NCBI GenBank assembly: GCA_938036345.1
Contig: CALHPJ010000016.1
Location: forward strand, 1-32,000
From: an uncultured Thermofilaceae archaeon
Lineage (GTDB): Archaea > Thermoproteota > Thermoprotei > Thermofilales > Thermofilaceae
Direction: 5' to 3'
Length of the DNA: 32,000 nucleotides
The position numbers and the translations under genes are program-made. The notes under the pieces were generated by a model. The model was not told the DNA's origin, did not search any database, and saw nothing but the letters and a program-made list of their open reading frames with translations. Of the stretch, positions 25,397-32,000 are shown in pieces (the stretch's first letter is position 1; every line of letters begins with the position of its first letter).

Positions 25397-25615
25397 ATGG
25401 AACAGAAAGCGTGGACCGGCACGTTAGTGCTCGCAGCGATAATCGTCATAACTTTCTCTTTAGCCCAGATAGCATGCTACGAGGCAAGGCTGTGTAATGG
25501 CGGTTTGACTTCATACGTTAATTACTCGTTGCTGGCGATCTTCGGGCTTTTCATTTTATCTCTAACGTACGTCATGGTCGATAAATTCTCGCAGAGGCAT
25601 GGCGCTAAACGGTGA
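25397..25615 (+). CDS. Small membrane protein (2 TM), hypothetical
   Basis: 72 aa with hydrophobic helices LVLAAIIVITFSLAQIA and LLAIFGLFILSLTYVMV. Its end overlaps the convergent 103-aa ORF by 11 nt. Confidence 0.4.
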   Translation: MEQKAWTGTLVLAAIIVITFSLAQIACYEARLCNGGLTSYVNYSLLAIFGLFILSLTYVMVDKFSQRHGAKR

Positions 25616-25916
25616 TTTCGAATTTCCCCGTCAGCTTAAGCTCATACACCTCTATTTCGGCTCTCACCGGTATGAAAACCCCATCTTTAATATAGTAGTA
25701 CAGAATTATCCTCCCACCTTTATCGGAAACCCCCATTTCATTTGATTTTTCAACCAGTAGCCTAGCAAGCTTAGCCCAGTTCTCCTTCGATATCTCCCTC
25801 GCTTCTCCCATAACCTTGGAGTAGTGCGTGGCGTAAAACCATCTTCTTAGTCTCGCCACCGCTCCCCGCATAGTTGGTGACAGCCTCGTTCTAAAAACTT
25901 TCAATCCTTCCATCAT
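25605..25916 (-). CDS. Hypothetical protein, 103 aa
   Basis: ORF with ordinary composition. No recognisable motif. Confidence 0.45.
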   Translation of the reverse strand: MMEGLKVFRTRLSPTMRGAVARLRRWFYATHYSKVMGEAREISKENWAKLARLLVEKSNEMGVSDKGGRIILYYYIKDGVFIPVRAEIEVYELKLTGKFEITV

Positions 25917-25977
25917 TTTCTTTTAAAAATTAAGGGTTTTTAAATCTGTATCGTTAAACGCTGATGACGTCGATCGT

Positions 25978-26481
25978 TTACCATGGTTCACTTTTCAAGC
26001 CCAATTTATAAGCGAAAAAGTTCGAGATAATATGTATAGGAGGAGTTATGATTACCAGAATAACTGCGATAACCAAGTTAATAGTGCCGATAAAAAACCA
26101 ATATAGGAGCATAGCGGTCAATAGGAAAGCTAATTGATCTAGAAGCGGGACGGGGGCACCCCTTTCAAGCCCTAATCTCCTTTTTACGAAAGAGCCTAGA
26201 GCATCTCCAAGCATTGTTCCCACCGATAGTACGGTAGCTCCCGGCAACGAACCTATGCCCCAAAGGCTCATAAACCAACCAGCCAAGCTTCCCAATAGTA
26301 TACCGGCAATGAAACCCTCTATGCTCTTACCGTCGCCGAGCACCCTGCGGCCATCAATAAACTTCCTGCCAAAATCTAAGGGGTGCCTGTGTTTTACGAG
26401 CTTCGCCATGACCACGGGGAAAGCGTTAGCAACGTAGCATGGTACCATTAAAGCCAGCAGCTGTATTAGCAAGCTCGTCAC
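25978..26481 (-). CDS. carS: CDP-archaeol synthase (DUF46 family)
   Basis: YVANAFPV, DGRRVLGDGKSIEGF and GDALGSFVKRRLG motifs in a 5-TM protein of 167 aa. Confidence 0.85.
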   Translation of the reverse strand: MTSLLIQLLALMVPCYVANAFPVVMAKLVKHRHPLDFGRKFIDGRRVLGDGKSIEGFIAGILLGSLAGWFMSLWGIGSLPGATVLSVGTMLGDALGSFVKRRLGLERGAPVPLLDQLAFLLTAMLLYWFFIGTINLVIAVILVIITPPIHIISNFFAYKLGLKSEPW

Positions 26482-26606
26482 ATCCCTCCTCCTCTCTTAG
26501 AGCTGATAAGGATCTTTAAGGGGTTTCCGTTATTCAGTATAAGGAAGCAGGGTGCTGCAACCACGCCAGCCCCAGGGGTTCTCTCCGCTCAGTCGTGCAT
26601 CTTTTA

Positions 26607-26643
26607 GCAGCAATGTTTATGAATAACGTAGCGTGATTGCTGT
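26607..26643. promoter_or_regulatory. Inverted repeat bracketing the TATA-like element of the MoxR/vWA operon
   Basis: GCAGCAAT (26607-26614) pairs with ATTGCTGT (26636-26643), 7 Watson-Crick pairs plus one G-T. The 21-nt spacer GTTTATGAATAACGTAGCGTG contains TTTATGAA about 30 nt upstream of ATG 26653. Confidence 0.5.
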
Positions 26644-26652
26644 GGGTAAGCA

Positions 26653-26970
26653 ATGGACCCGTTTATTGAGTTTCTGAAACGGGAGACCTCAAGGGTTAGA
26701 GTGCGGAGGGTTGGCACATCCACCTACCTAGTTGAGGAAGAAAACTCTAAACAAAGAATGCGGAATTTGCCGACAGATTTCATAGACATCCTTTTCCTCC
26801 GTAATGAGCCTGCTGAACAGGTAATCGTCGAAAAAAGTTTAATCAGAGAACTAAGATACAGGTTGGAAGAGCTGGAAAAAGAGACCGCTAAACTTAGGCA
26901 TAGAAATAGAATACTTGAAACTTTATTAGCCATATGTGTTGTTTCAATAATAATTAGTTTATTTTTATGA
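26653..26970 (+). CDS. Tail-anchored coiled-coil protein, hypothetical; first gene of the MoxR/vWA operon
   Basis: 105 aa. Heptad-like LIRELRYRLEELEKETAKLRHRNRILETLL followed by a C-terminal TM segment AICVVSIIISLFL. 16 nt upstream of the AAA+ gene. Confidence 0.55.
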   Translation: MDPFIEFLKRETSRVRVRRVGTSTYLVEEENSKQRMRNLPTDFIDILFLRNEPAEQVIVEKSLIRELRYRLEELEKETAKLRHRNRILETLLAICVVSIIISLFL

Positions 26971-26986
26971 TTGTGGGGTGTAAAAT

Positions 26987-28204
26987 TTGACCACTGGAGT
27001 TAAACAAGATGTGCGTAAATTGGAGGAAGAAATCAAGAAGCGTTTCGTTGGTAACGAGGAGGTCGTCCACGTACTGACGTTGAATCTTCTGCACGAGAGA
27101 TCCACCGCGCTGGTTAGGGCCCCCCGAGGCAGGGGTAAGTCCACCTTAATGCTACTTTTCTTGAAAGGCCTGTTTAACGACGATTACGTAGTTCTCTCAG
27201 GAGCTTCAGAGATAAAGAGGGGGGAAGTAGTTGCTAGGCTTCACATACCCTCACTTGAACGAGAGGGGGTCGAGCAAGTTATCTGGTCTGCCTTTGTTAA
27301 AGCAAGAGGTAAAGGCATAGATGAAGCCAATAGGTTGAATCCGTATACAGCTTCCAACATTTACCACTTACTCCAGTTTGGGGAGGTGTGGGCTTATGGG
27401 CAGCGCTTCGTAGTCGGAGATTTCGTACTCTTCGCTAATGAGAACCCAGCTGATCCAACTACGTTTATCCACCCTCCGCCTTTCTACGATAGGTTCGACG
27501 TAAGCGTTCAGCTCTCCTCTCTAAGCTTAAGCGATAAATTCAGACTTCAGAGTTTGGTGGAAAAGCATGGATCCCTTATAGAGTCGATGCCTCAAGTTAT
27601 GGATTTTGAAACTCTCAGAGAGGCGAGAAAGGAGGTAAGTGAGGTTGAAATCGATGTGGACCTCCGCGCAACGCTTAACGTCCTGGTAAGGGACCTGCAG
27701 GTATGTATAAGAAACAGGGACTTAAGCCGCGTCAAGCCACCAGCGCTCTGCGAGGGATGCCATTTCGTGCACAACGTATGCAGTTCTGTAAGGGAGGGGC
27801 CGAGCGAGAGAGCTATCTTGGTTATGTATAGTCTTCTGAAAGCTAAGGCATGGCTCGATGGTAGCGTGAATGAGGACGACATCTATCGTTTAAGTACCTA
27901 CGTGCTAGCTCATAGGATGGAGCTTGTAAGGCAGGACAGGGGGGTGGAGGAACTCCAGAGATTGCTGAGAAGACAAAGGGAATTTAACGACGAAAGAAGG
28001 TCTAGGAAACAGTGGGCAATACTTGAGAACCTGTATAGGGGCTTTAATAGGGAGCTATACAAGCTCGCCGGAGAGATCGCCGTCGAGGATCTAGTTTTTG
28101 CTGAGGAGCTCATCCGCCTGGAGGCAGATTGGGTTAAAAAAGGGTCGTTAAAGCCAGAGGAAACAATTAGCTCTAGGTTGACTTCAGATGCCGTTAAGTT
28201 ATAA
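26987..28204 (+). CDS. MoxR-like AAA+ ATPase (divergent) with a Cys-cluster insertion and a C-terminal extension
   Basis: Walker A VRAPRGRGKST, Walker B GIDEANRL, sensor-1 region LFANENPADP, FYDRFD, GPSERA and VLAHRM, in the order expected for MoxR/CbbQ-type AAA+. TTG start preceded by GGGGTG. 405 aa. Confidence 0.75.
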   Translation: MTTGVKQDVRKLEEEIKKRFVGNEEVVHVLTLNLLHERSTALVRAPRGRGKSTLMLLFLKGLFNDDYVVLSGASEIKRGEVVARLHIPSLEREGVEQVIWSAFVKARGKGIDEANRLNPYTASNIYHLLQFGEVWAYGQRFVVGDFVLFANENPADPTTFIHPPPFYDRFDVSVQLSSLSLSDKFRLQSLVEKHGSLIESMPQVMDFETLREARKEVSEVEIDVDLRATLNVLVRDLQVCIRNRDLSRVKPPALCEGCHFVHNVCSSVREGPSERAILVMYSLLKAKAWLDGSVNEDDIYRLSTYVLAHRMELVRQDRGVEELQRLLRRQREFNDERRSRKQWAILENLYRGFNRELYKLAGEIAVEDLVFAEELIRLEADWVKKGSLKPEETISSRLTSDAVKL

Positions 28205-29867
28205 AGAGGTAGCAGAACTATTTGAGAGAGCACGCAGCGAGATGTATATTCCACCCATGTCCTCGGACATAGCGATAACCAGGGGGCCAGTGGAGATCGA
28301 GGTGAGGGATAATATTGCCCACTTGAGGATCCCTGAGGAGATACTTTACGACCCGGAGGGGGGACCCATTCTTTTGTGGTACTTTAGGCATAACTTAGCC
28401 CACACCCATTACTGCCCATACAACTTAAGGACGATCCAGACACTCGCTAAAGCGGCTTTCCAGGAAGTAAAAAGCTGGAGCATAGCTCACAATGCCGTTA
28501 GGGTTTTCGCCGACCTGCAGATAGACATGCTATACCTCCCACTTAAGTACGGTCAGGCCCCTCTGCATATCTCTCATGAGTTTGAAGGCAAGCCAAAAGG
28601 TTTAGATGAGTTCCGCTATGCGGCTTACAAGCGCCTTTACAGTAAAATGCTGAGGGCGCATAGAATCGACCCTGATGTCTCCTTCTATGGTACTATAGCT
28701 TCCGAAGTTATCCTGAGCTCGAGATCTTGGATCTCAAAAGTTAAAATCGTAGCGGCTTTGCTAAGGAAGCTACAAACACTTAACAAGCTGAAGAAGCTTG
28801 AGAGTAGTGCTGGGAGAGGTGTTCCGCTGTACGAGGACCTTGAGGCCGACACGCTTGACGAGGCAAGCGTCGCTATGTCTGGAACAAGTAAAGACGAGGC
28901 GAGAGAGCTATATAGGCACTGGATAAAGCATAGAATAGATGTCAAAGAGATCGAGGAGAAGTTCAAAGGTATGGCCAAAGGGGGAGGGGGCGAGAAGGTT
29001 AGCGAGATAGAAGTGAAAGCGGAGAAAGGCACAGGAGAGGAGCCCGAACTACCTAGCACCCTCTCGGGACCACTCCCAAAGCTGAGCGGTGTAGAGGATG
29101 CCATCTGGAAAGCACTGTGGTACAAGGCCAGAGCTCAGGAGCTTGTTATCGAGTATGGGGGCTATCAGAGAGGTGGTACGTGGGCAGTGTATGCTTACCC
29201 AGACCTGTGGCTAGTTGAGGACGATCTAGAGGACCTGGATATAGAGGCAAGCTTGGAAGAGGGGCCGCTAATACCTGAGGAAACTACGTTAAGGGCGGTG
29301 AATCTCCCCTCTCCGGCGGGCGAGACAATCGTACAGGAACGAGTACCTGCCGTCCTCGTAGTACTGGATACGAGCAGGAGCATGCTTGGCGCGGTCGACG
29401 ATGCGGCAATAGCGGCTTTTGCAGCCTACTTAAGCGCTAAGAGGGCTGGAGGGAAGGTAGCGGTCGTAAACTTTTCGACGAAATATGTAGCAGTGGGGTG
29501 GAAAGAGCGGGATTTTTGGAAAGAGCTGGCGCTATCTGTTGCACAGGGCGAACTGACCATACTGCCCTTAGGAGCGATAAAAAGCCTGGTCGGCGAGCTT
29601 GAATACGGGGAATACGCGTTCATAGTGCTTGTCACTGACTGCGGCTGGCAGAACCTCCGAGAGGCCCTGGCTTTCCTTGAAAACTTAGCGTCAAGAGGGC
29701 ACAATATTGTAGTCTTCCACGTAGAGGGGTGGAAGTACCCGCGGAGTGTGGAAGCGGTGTCGAGAATACCCAACTTAACTTTTTACAGGGTAAGAGATCC
29801 CTCACTTCTTCGCTACCTGGTTCTTTCAGAATTAAAGCGCTCTCTTTCCACTTCGGTCACAGGGTAG
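28188..29867 (+). CDS. von Willebrand factor A (vWA) protein with an N-terminal degenerate metallopeptidase-like domain
   Basis: C-terminal vWA domain with MIDAS residues (VLVVLDTSRSM ... NFST ... LVTDCG). The N-terminal ~130 aa carry FRHNLAHTHY and VFADLQID boxes. A Gly/Glu-rich linker is present. The start overlaps the AAA+ gene by 17 nt. 559 aa. Confidence 0.75.
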   Translation: MPLSYKEVAELFERARSEMYIPPMSSDIAITRGPVEIEVRDNIAHLRIPEEILYDPEGGPILLWYFRHNLAHTHYCPYNLRTIQTLAKAAFQEVKSWSIAHNAVRVFADLQIDMLYLPLKYGQAPLHISHEFEGKPKGLDEFRYAAYKRLYSKMLRAHRIDPDVSFYGTIASEVILSSRSWISKVKIVAALLRKLQTLNKLKKLESSAGRGVPLYEDLEADTLDEASVAMSGTSKDEARELYRHWIKHRIDVKEIEEKFKGMAKGGGGEKVSEIEVKAEKGTGEEPELPSTLSGPLPKLSGVEDAIWKALWYKARAQELVIEYGGYQRGGTWAVYAYPDLWLVEDDLEDLDIEASLEEGPLIPEETTLRAVNLPSPAGETIVQERVPAVLVVLDTSRSMLGAVDDAAIAAFAAYLSAKRAGGKVAVVNFSTKYVAVGWKERDFWKELALSVAQGELTILPLGAIKSLVGELEYGEYAFIVLVTDCGWQNLREALAFLENLASRGHNIVVFHVEGWKYPRSVEAVSRIPNLTFYRVRDPSLLRYLVLSELKRSLSTSVTG

Positions 29868-29877
29868 CAGTGCAAGG

Positions 29878-30726
29878 CTAGTGGGTGGATTCCTCCAGTC
29901 CTAACTGGTGCTCTACTCCAAGTTTCCTGGCTATTTCCCTCCACTTCATTAGGGCTTTATCTTCGTCAAGAGCTTTATCCACTTCATACTCTTTCTTTAG
30001 AGCTTCCACCAACTCCTCTGCCAGGCTTTGCGGCGCTTTATCGAGTAGCTCTCTAGCCTTCTCCAGCTCATTATTTTGGACCAACTTCAGAAAGTACTGC
30101 TTGAGGTTAACTATCCTTACCTTACCCCCCTCTCTAATCATGGCTAAACCCGAATCGTAGTCAACTTCCACCTTAACTTCCTCTTTATGTTGCCTGAGCT
30201 GTTCAATGGCCTCTCTAGAAATGATTTTATCTAAACCGTATACTGAGGCGGCCTTCTCTACTTTTTCTAAAGCTTTCCTCCCCATGCTGAGTATCTCCAT
30301 TAGATCGTCAGGCCCTAAAGGGAGCTCGTAAGTTTTCCCCCCTACAACTAGGGTAGCCTTTAGACCTCTAACATTGCTTGTAGGCATTCTCACGTCTAGG
30401 AAACCGTCGTATGTATATATGGGAATCAACTCCCCTTCTCCATCCGGAAAAACCACTTTTGCTCCTTCGTCCCACAACCTTGCGCTCGTCTCGCCTAACA
30501 CTAAGTGTCTACCGCTTTCTAAAACTGCCGCGCTAAAAATCTTGGCTAGGTTGCTAGCGATACCCTCAACATCGCCGTAGACGTCGTAAATCCTTAAGCC
30601 AATCCATCCTTTCAATGTCTTTATTTCAACCTCTCCGACCACCCTTCTGACAACTAACCCCAGCGACGTCACAGTTTTTATGACCTCCTCCTCCGGAATT
30701 TCTCGAGCTACGCCAATCCACGCCAA
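29878..30726 (-). CDS. Hypothetical protein, 282 aa (beta-rich N-terminal half, helical Glu/Lys-rich C-terminal half)
   Basis: Long ORF with ordinary codon composition. Convergent with the vWA gene, with stops only 10 nt apart. No family recognised. Confidence 0.55.
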   Translation of the reverse strand: MAWIGVAREIPEEEVIKTVTSLGLVVRRVVGEVEIKTLKGWIGLRIYDVYGDVEGIASNLAKIFSAAVLESGRHLVLGETSARLWDEGAKVVFPDGEGELIPIYTYDGFLDVRMPTSNVRGLKATLVVGGKTYELPLGPDDLMEILSMGRKALEKVEKAASVYGLDKIISREAIEQLRQHKEEVKVEVDYDSGLAMIREGGKVRIVNLKQYFLKLVQNNELEKARELLDKAPQSLAEELVEALKKEYEVDKALDEDKALMKWREIARKLGVEHQLGLEESTH

Positions 30727-30817
30727 CGGAATCCCCGAAGCCTCAGTTTAAGGGCAGCTTAAAGGTATATACTTTACCTTGCCTTTTAACTTCACGCGTA
30801 GCATGCTTAAGCCTAAG

Positions 30818-31152
30818 TTGAGGCCGCTCGCTGCTTTGAGGGAATTACCCGACCAGTCTTGACGGTCTAAGAGTTAGTGCAAGAGGCCAAAAATAGCATC
30901 AAATACGTACCGTAACCTCAGAGAAAGCCCGGAGAAAAGCTGGAAAGGTAAAACACGGTAGGGTTCACATTAGAGTGCGATGGGGGAAAAGAAAAGTGCT
31001 GGAGATCACTAAGCGCCGTTTAAGGGAACTAGGCTGGTTTGCCGCGAACTTCTGGTCGAGCAATTGCTTCACAAGCTATCAGCATAAACTTAGCGAAAGG
31101 CCAGATCACGAGTTCCCATCCGGCGAAGTAGTGGCTAAGCAGTGGTGGGCAA
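30818..31152 (+). ncRNA. rnpB: Candidate RNase P RNA (ends approximate)
   Basis: CR-I-like CAGAGAAAGCCCGGAG at 30918-30934. CR-IV/CR-V-like GGCCAGATCACGAGTTCCC...GAAGTAGTGGCTAAGC at 31099-31140. A P2-like pairing joins GCTGCTT (30830-30836) and AAGCAGT (31137-31143). A P3-like closing pair joins TGAGG (30837-30841) and CCTCA (30916-30920), directly before the CR-I-like box. A long-range helix joins 31033-31044 and 31093-31104. TATA-like CTTTTAAC lies at 30783-30790. The only ORF here is one I consider spurious. Confidence 0.5.
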
Positions 31153-31172
31153 ATTCTAAAACAAATCGATGG

Positions 31173-31285
31173 TGGTGCCGGGGCCGGGACTTGAACCCGG
31201 GACCTCCCGGTATCTTCCTAGGTCTTTAGTCTTCAGCCGGGCGCTGTTGGGTCTTTCATGGCACTCCCAGCTGAGCTACCCCGGC
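31173..31285 (-). tRNA. tRNA-Phe(GAA) with two introns (18 nt in the D-stem at 22/23; 19 nt at 37/38); CCA encoded
   Basis: Hand fold of the reverse complement: GCCGGGG-TA-GCTC-AGCTGGGA-G[TGCCATGAAAGACCCAAC]AGC-G-CCCGG-CTGAAG[ACTAAAGACCTAGGAAGAT]A-CCGGG-AGGTC-CCGGGTTCAAGTCCCGG-CCCCGGC-A-CCA. 113 nt = 76 + 18 + 19. Confidence 0.82.
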
Positions 31286-31318
31286 TGTAGGTGATTTATA
31301 CAGGGGGTTATATATCGC

Positions 31319-32000
31319 TTACTTTGCTCTCACCGATTCGGCTAAGGAGTCCCAGTTTTTAAGAAGGCGGTTGATTTCCTCCACCAACCCGTCAACCGGT
31401 ACCCGCGCCTGAGCCCTAGTATCTCTAAAGCGTATAGTAACTGTATTATTCTCAAGCGTTTCCCCATCCACTGTGACAGCAAGAGGGACACCTATCTCAT
31501 CCACTTCTACATATCTCCTCCCTATAGTACCCTTCTCGCTGTAGATTGCTGTAAAATGCTTCTTTAACTCCACGTAAATGCTTCTAGCTTTTTTTATAAA
31601 CTCTGGTTTACTTACGAGGGGTAAAACGGCCACTTTAATGGGAGCTACCCTGGCGTGAAGGGAAAGCACAGGCCTTCCTTCAATGACCCGGTATGCATCG
31701 GATAGTAGTGCCAAAATGATTCGTTCAAGACCGAAGGAGGGTTCTATGACATGCGGGATAAACTTACTTCTATCATCTTCGATTTCCATGCTTTTGCCGC
31801 TAAACTCCTGGTGCCTCCTTAAGTCGTAATCTCCTCTGTTGGAAATACCTTCTATCTCTTTCCAGCCCATGAAGGGGAAGTAGTACTCTATATCGAACGT
31901 TTGCAGAGCATAATGCGCCAACTCGCTCTTAACATGCTCCCTTACTCGTAGCCGCCCTACGTTTAAGCCGATTCTTTTAAACCATGCTATGGATTCCCCT
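31319..32000 (-). CDS. glyS: Glycyl-tRNA synthetase (archaeal/eukaryal class II type), C-terminal part; the 5' end lies beyond the window
   Basis: ELAHYALQTFDIEY, IPHVIEPSFGLERI (motif 3 region) and a C-terminal anticodon-binding domain (VAPIKVAVLPL...GRRY...DEIGVP). The frame stays open upstream of M31921 to position 32000. Confidence 0.92.
   Translation of the reverse strand, partial: GESIAWFKRIGLNVGRLRVREHVKSELAHYALQTFDIEYYFPFMGWKEIEGISNRGDYDLRRHQEFSGKSMEIEDDRSKFIPHVIEPSFGLERIILALLSDAYRVIEGRPVLSLHARVAPIKVAVLPLVSKPEFIKKARSIYVELKKHFTAIYSEKGTIGRRYVEVDEIGVPLAVTVDGETLENNTVTIRFRDTRAQARVPVDGLVEEINRLLKNWDSLAESVRAK

Noticed and set aside
25955-25970. C-box-like CTGATGA downstream of carS
   Set aside because: There is no D-box CTGA at 40-70 nt on the same strand, and no terminal stem, so it is probably chance.
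27592-29773. Minus-strand ORFs (27592-27882, 27910-28254, 28685-29125, 29195-29383, 29426-29773)
   Set aside because: They are antisense to the AAA+ and vWA genes. All are Ser-rich and low in complexity, and none has an independent promoter or motif.
30975-31229. 84-aa plus-strand ORF
   Set aside because: It overlaps the candidate RNase P RNA and runs antisense into tRNA-Phe. The translation is Trp/Arg-rich and implausible.
1-32000. Window-wide check for rRNA genes, IS elements or transposases, CRISPR arrays and long (>30 nt) direct repeats
   Set aside because: I recognised none. The only long repeat is the pair of near-identical tRNA-Arg genes.

Overview
This looks like a core chromosomal segment of a hyperthermophilic crenarchaeon (Thermoproteota). 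Supporting features are reverse gyrase, a thermosome, archaeal TBP, L40e, aIF1/SUI1, CDP-archaeol synthase, and tRNA genes full of introns, some at non-canonical positions. That intron pattern is typical of Thermoproteales/Thermofilum-like lineages, but I cannot name the species. The window is densely coding, with short TATA-containing spacers and several overlapping or abutting gene pairs.

Main content:
- Partial thermosome, signal peptidase I, TBP, Ard1-type acetyltransferase, L40e, L6, aIF1, NMN adenylyltransferase and reverse gyrase.
- A porGDAB-type 2-oxoacid:ferredoxin oxidoreductase operon.
- Hsp20, archaeal PPAT, deoxyhypusine synthase and a GT4 GlcNAc-1-P transferase.
- A tRNA-centred block: tRNA-Ser, tRNA-Arg(GCG), RNase P protein Rpp21, tRNA-Cys, argS, tRNA-Arg(UCU), tRNA-Thr and a Clp1-like polynucleotide kinase.
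- SIS/PHI isomerase, XPD helicase, an Lrp regulator and CarS.
- A MoxR-like AAA+/vWA operon.
- A candidate RNase P RNA, a two-intron tRNA-Phe and a partial glyS.

I saw no CRISPR array, rRNA, transposase or integrase.

Most interesting observations:
- The uncharacterised MoxR/vWA module with accessory orphans.
- Twin tRNA-Arg genes that differ only in the anticodon loop, share an identical 29/30 intron, and bracket argS.
- tRNA-Phe with two introns that share a 7-mer.
- A probable unannotated RNase P RNA.
- A TBP gene with no canonical start codon for its conserved N-terminus.
- A roughly 375-bp AT-rich, repeat-laden spacer between two convergent tRNA 3' ends.

All calls come from reading motifs by eye. 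No searches or covariance models were run.
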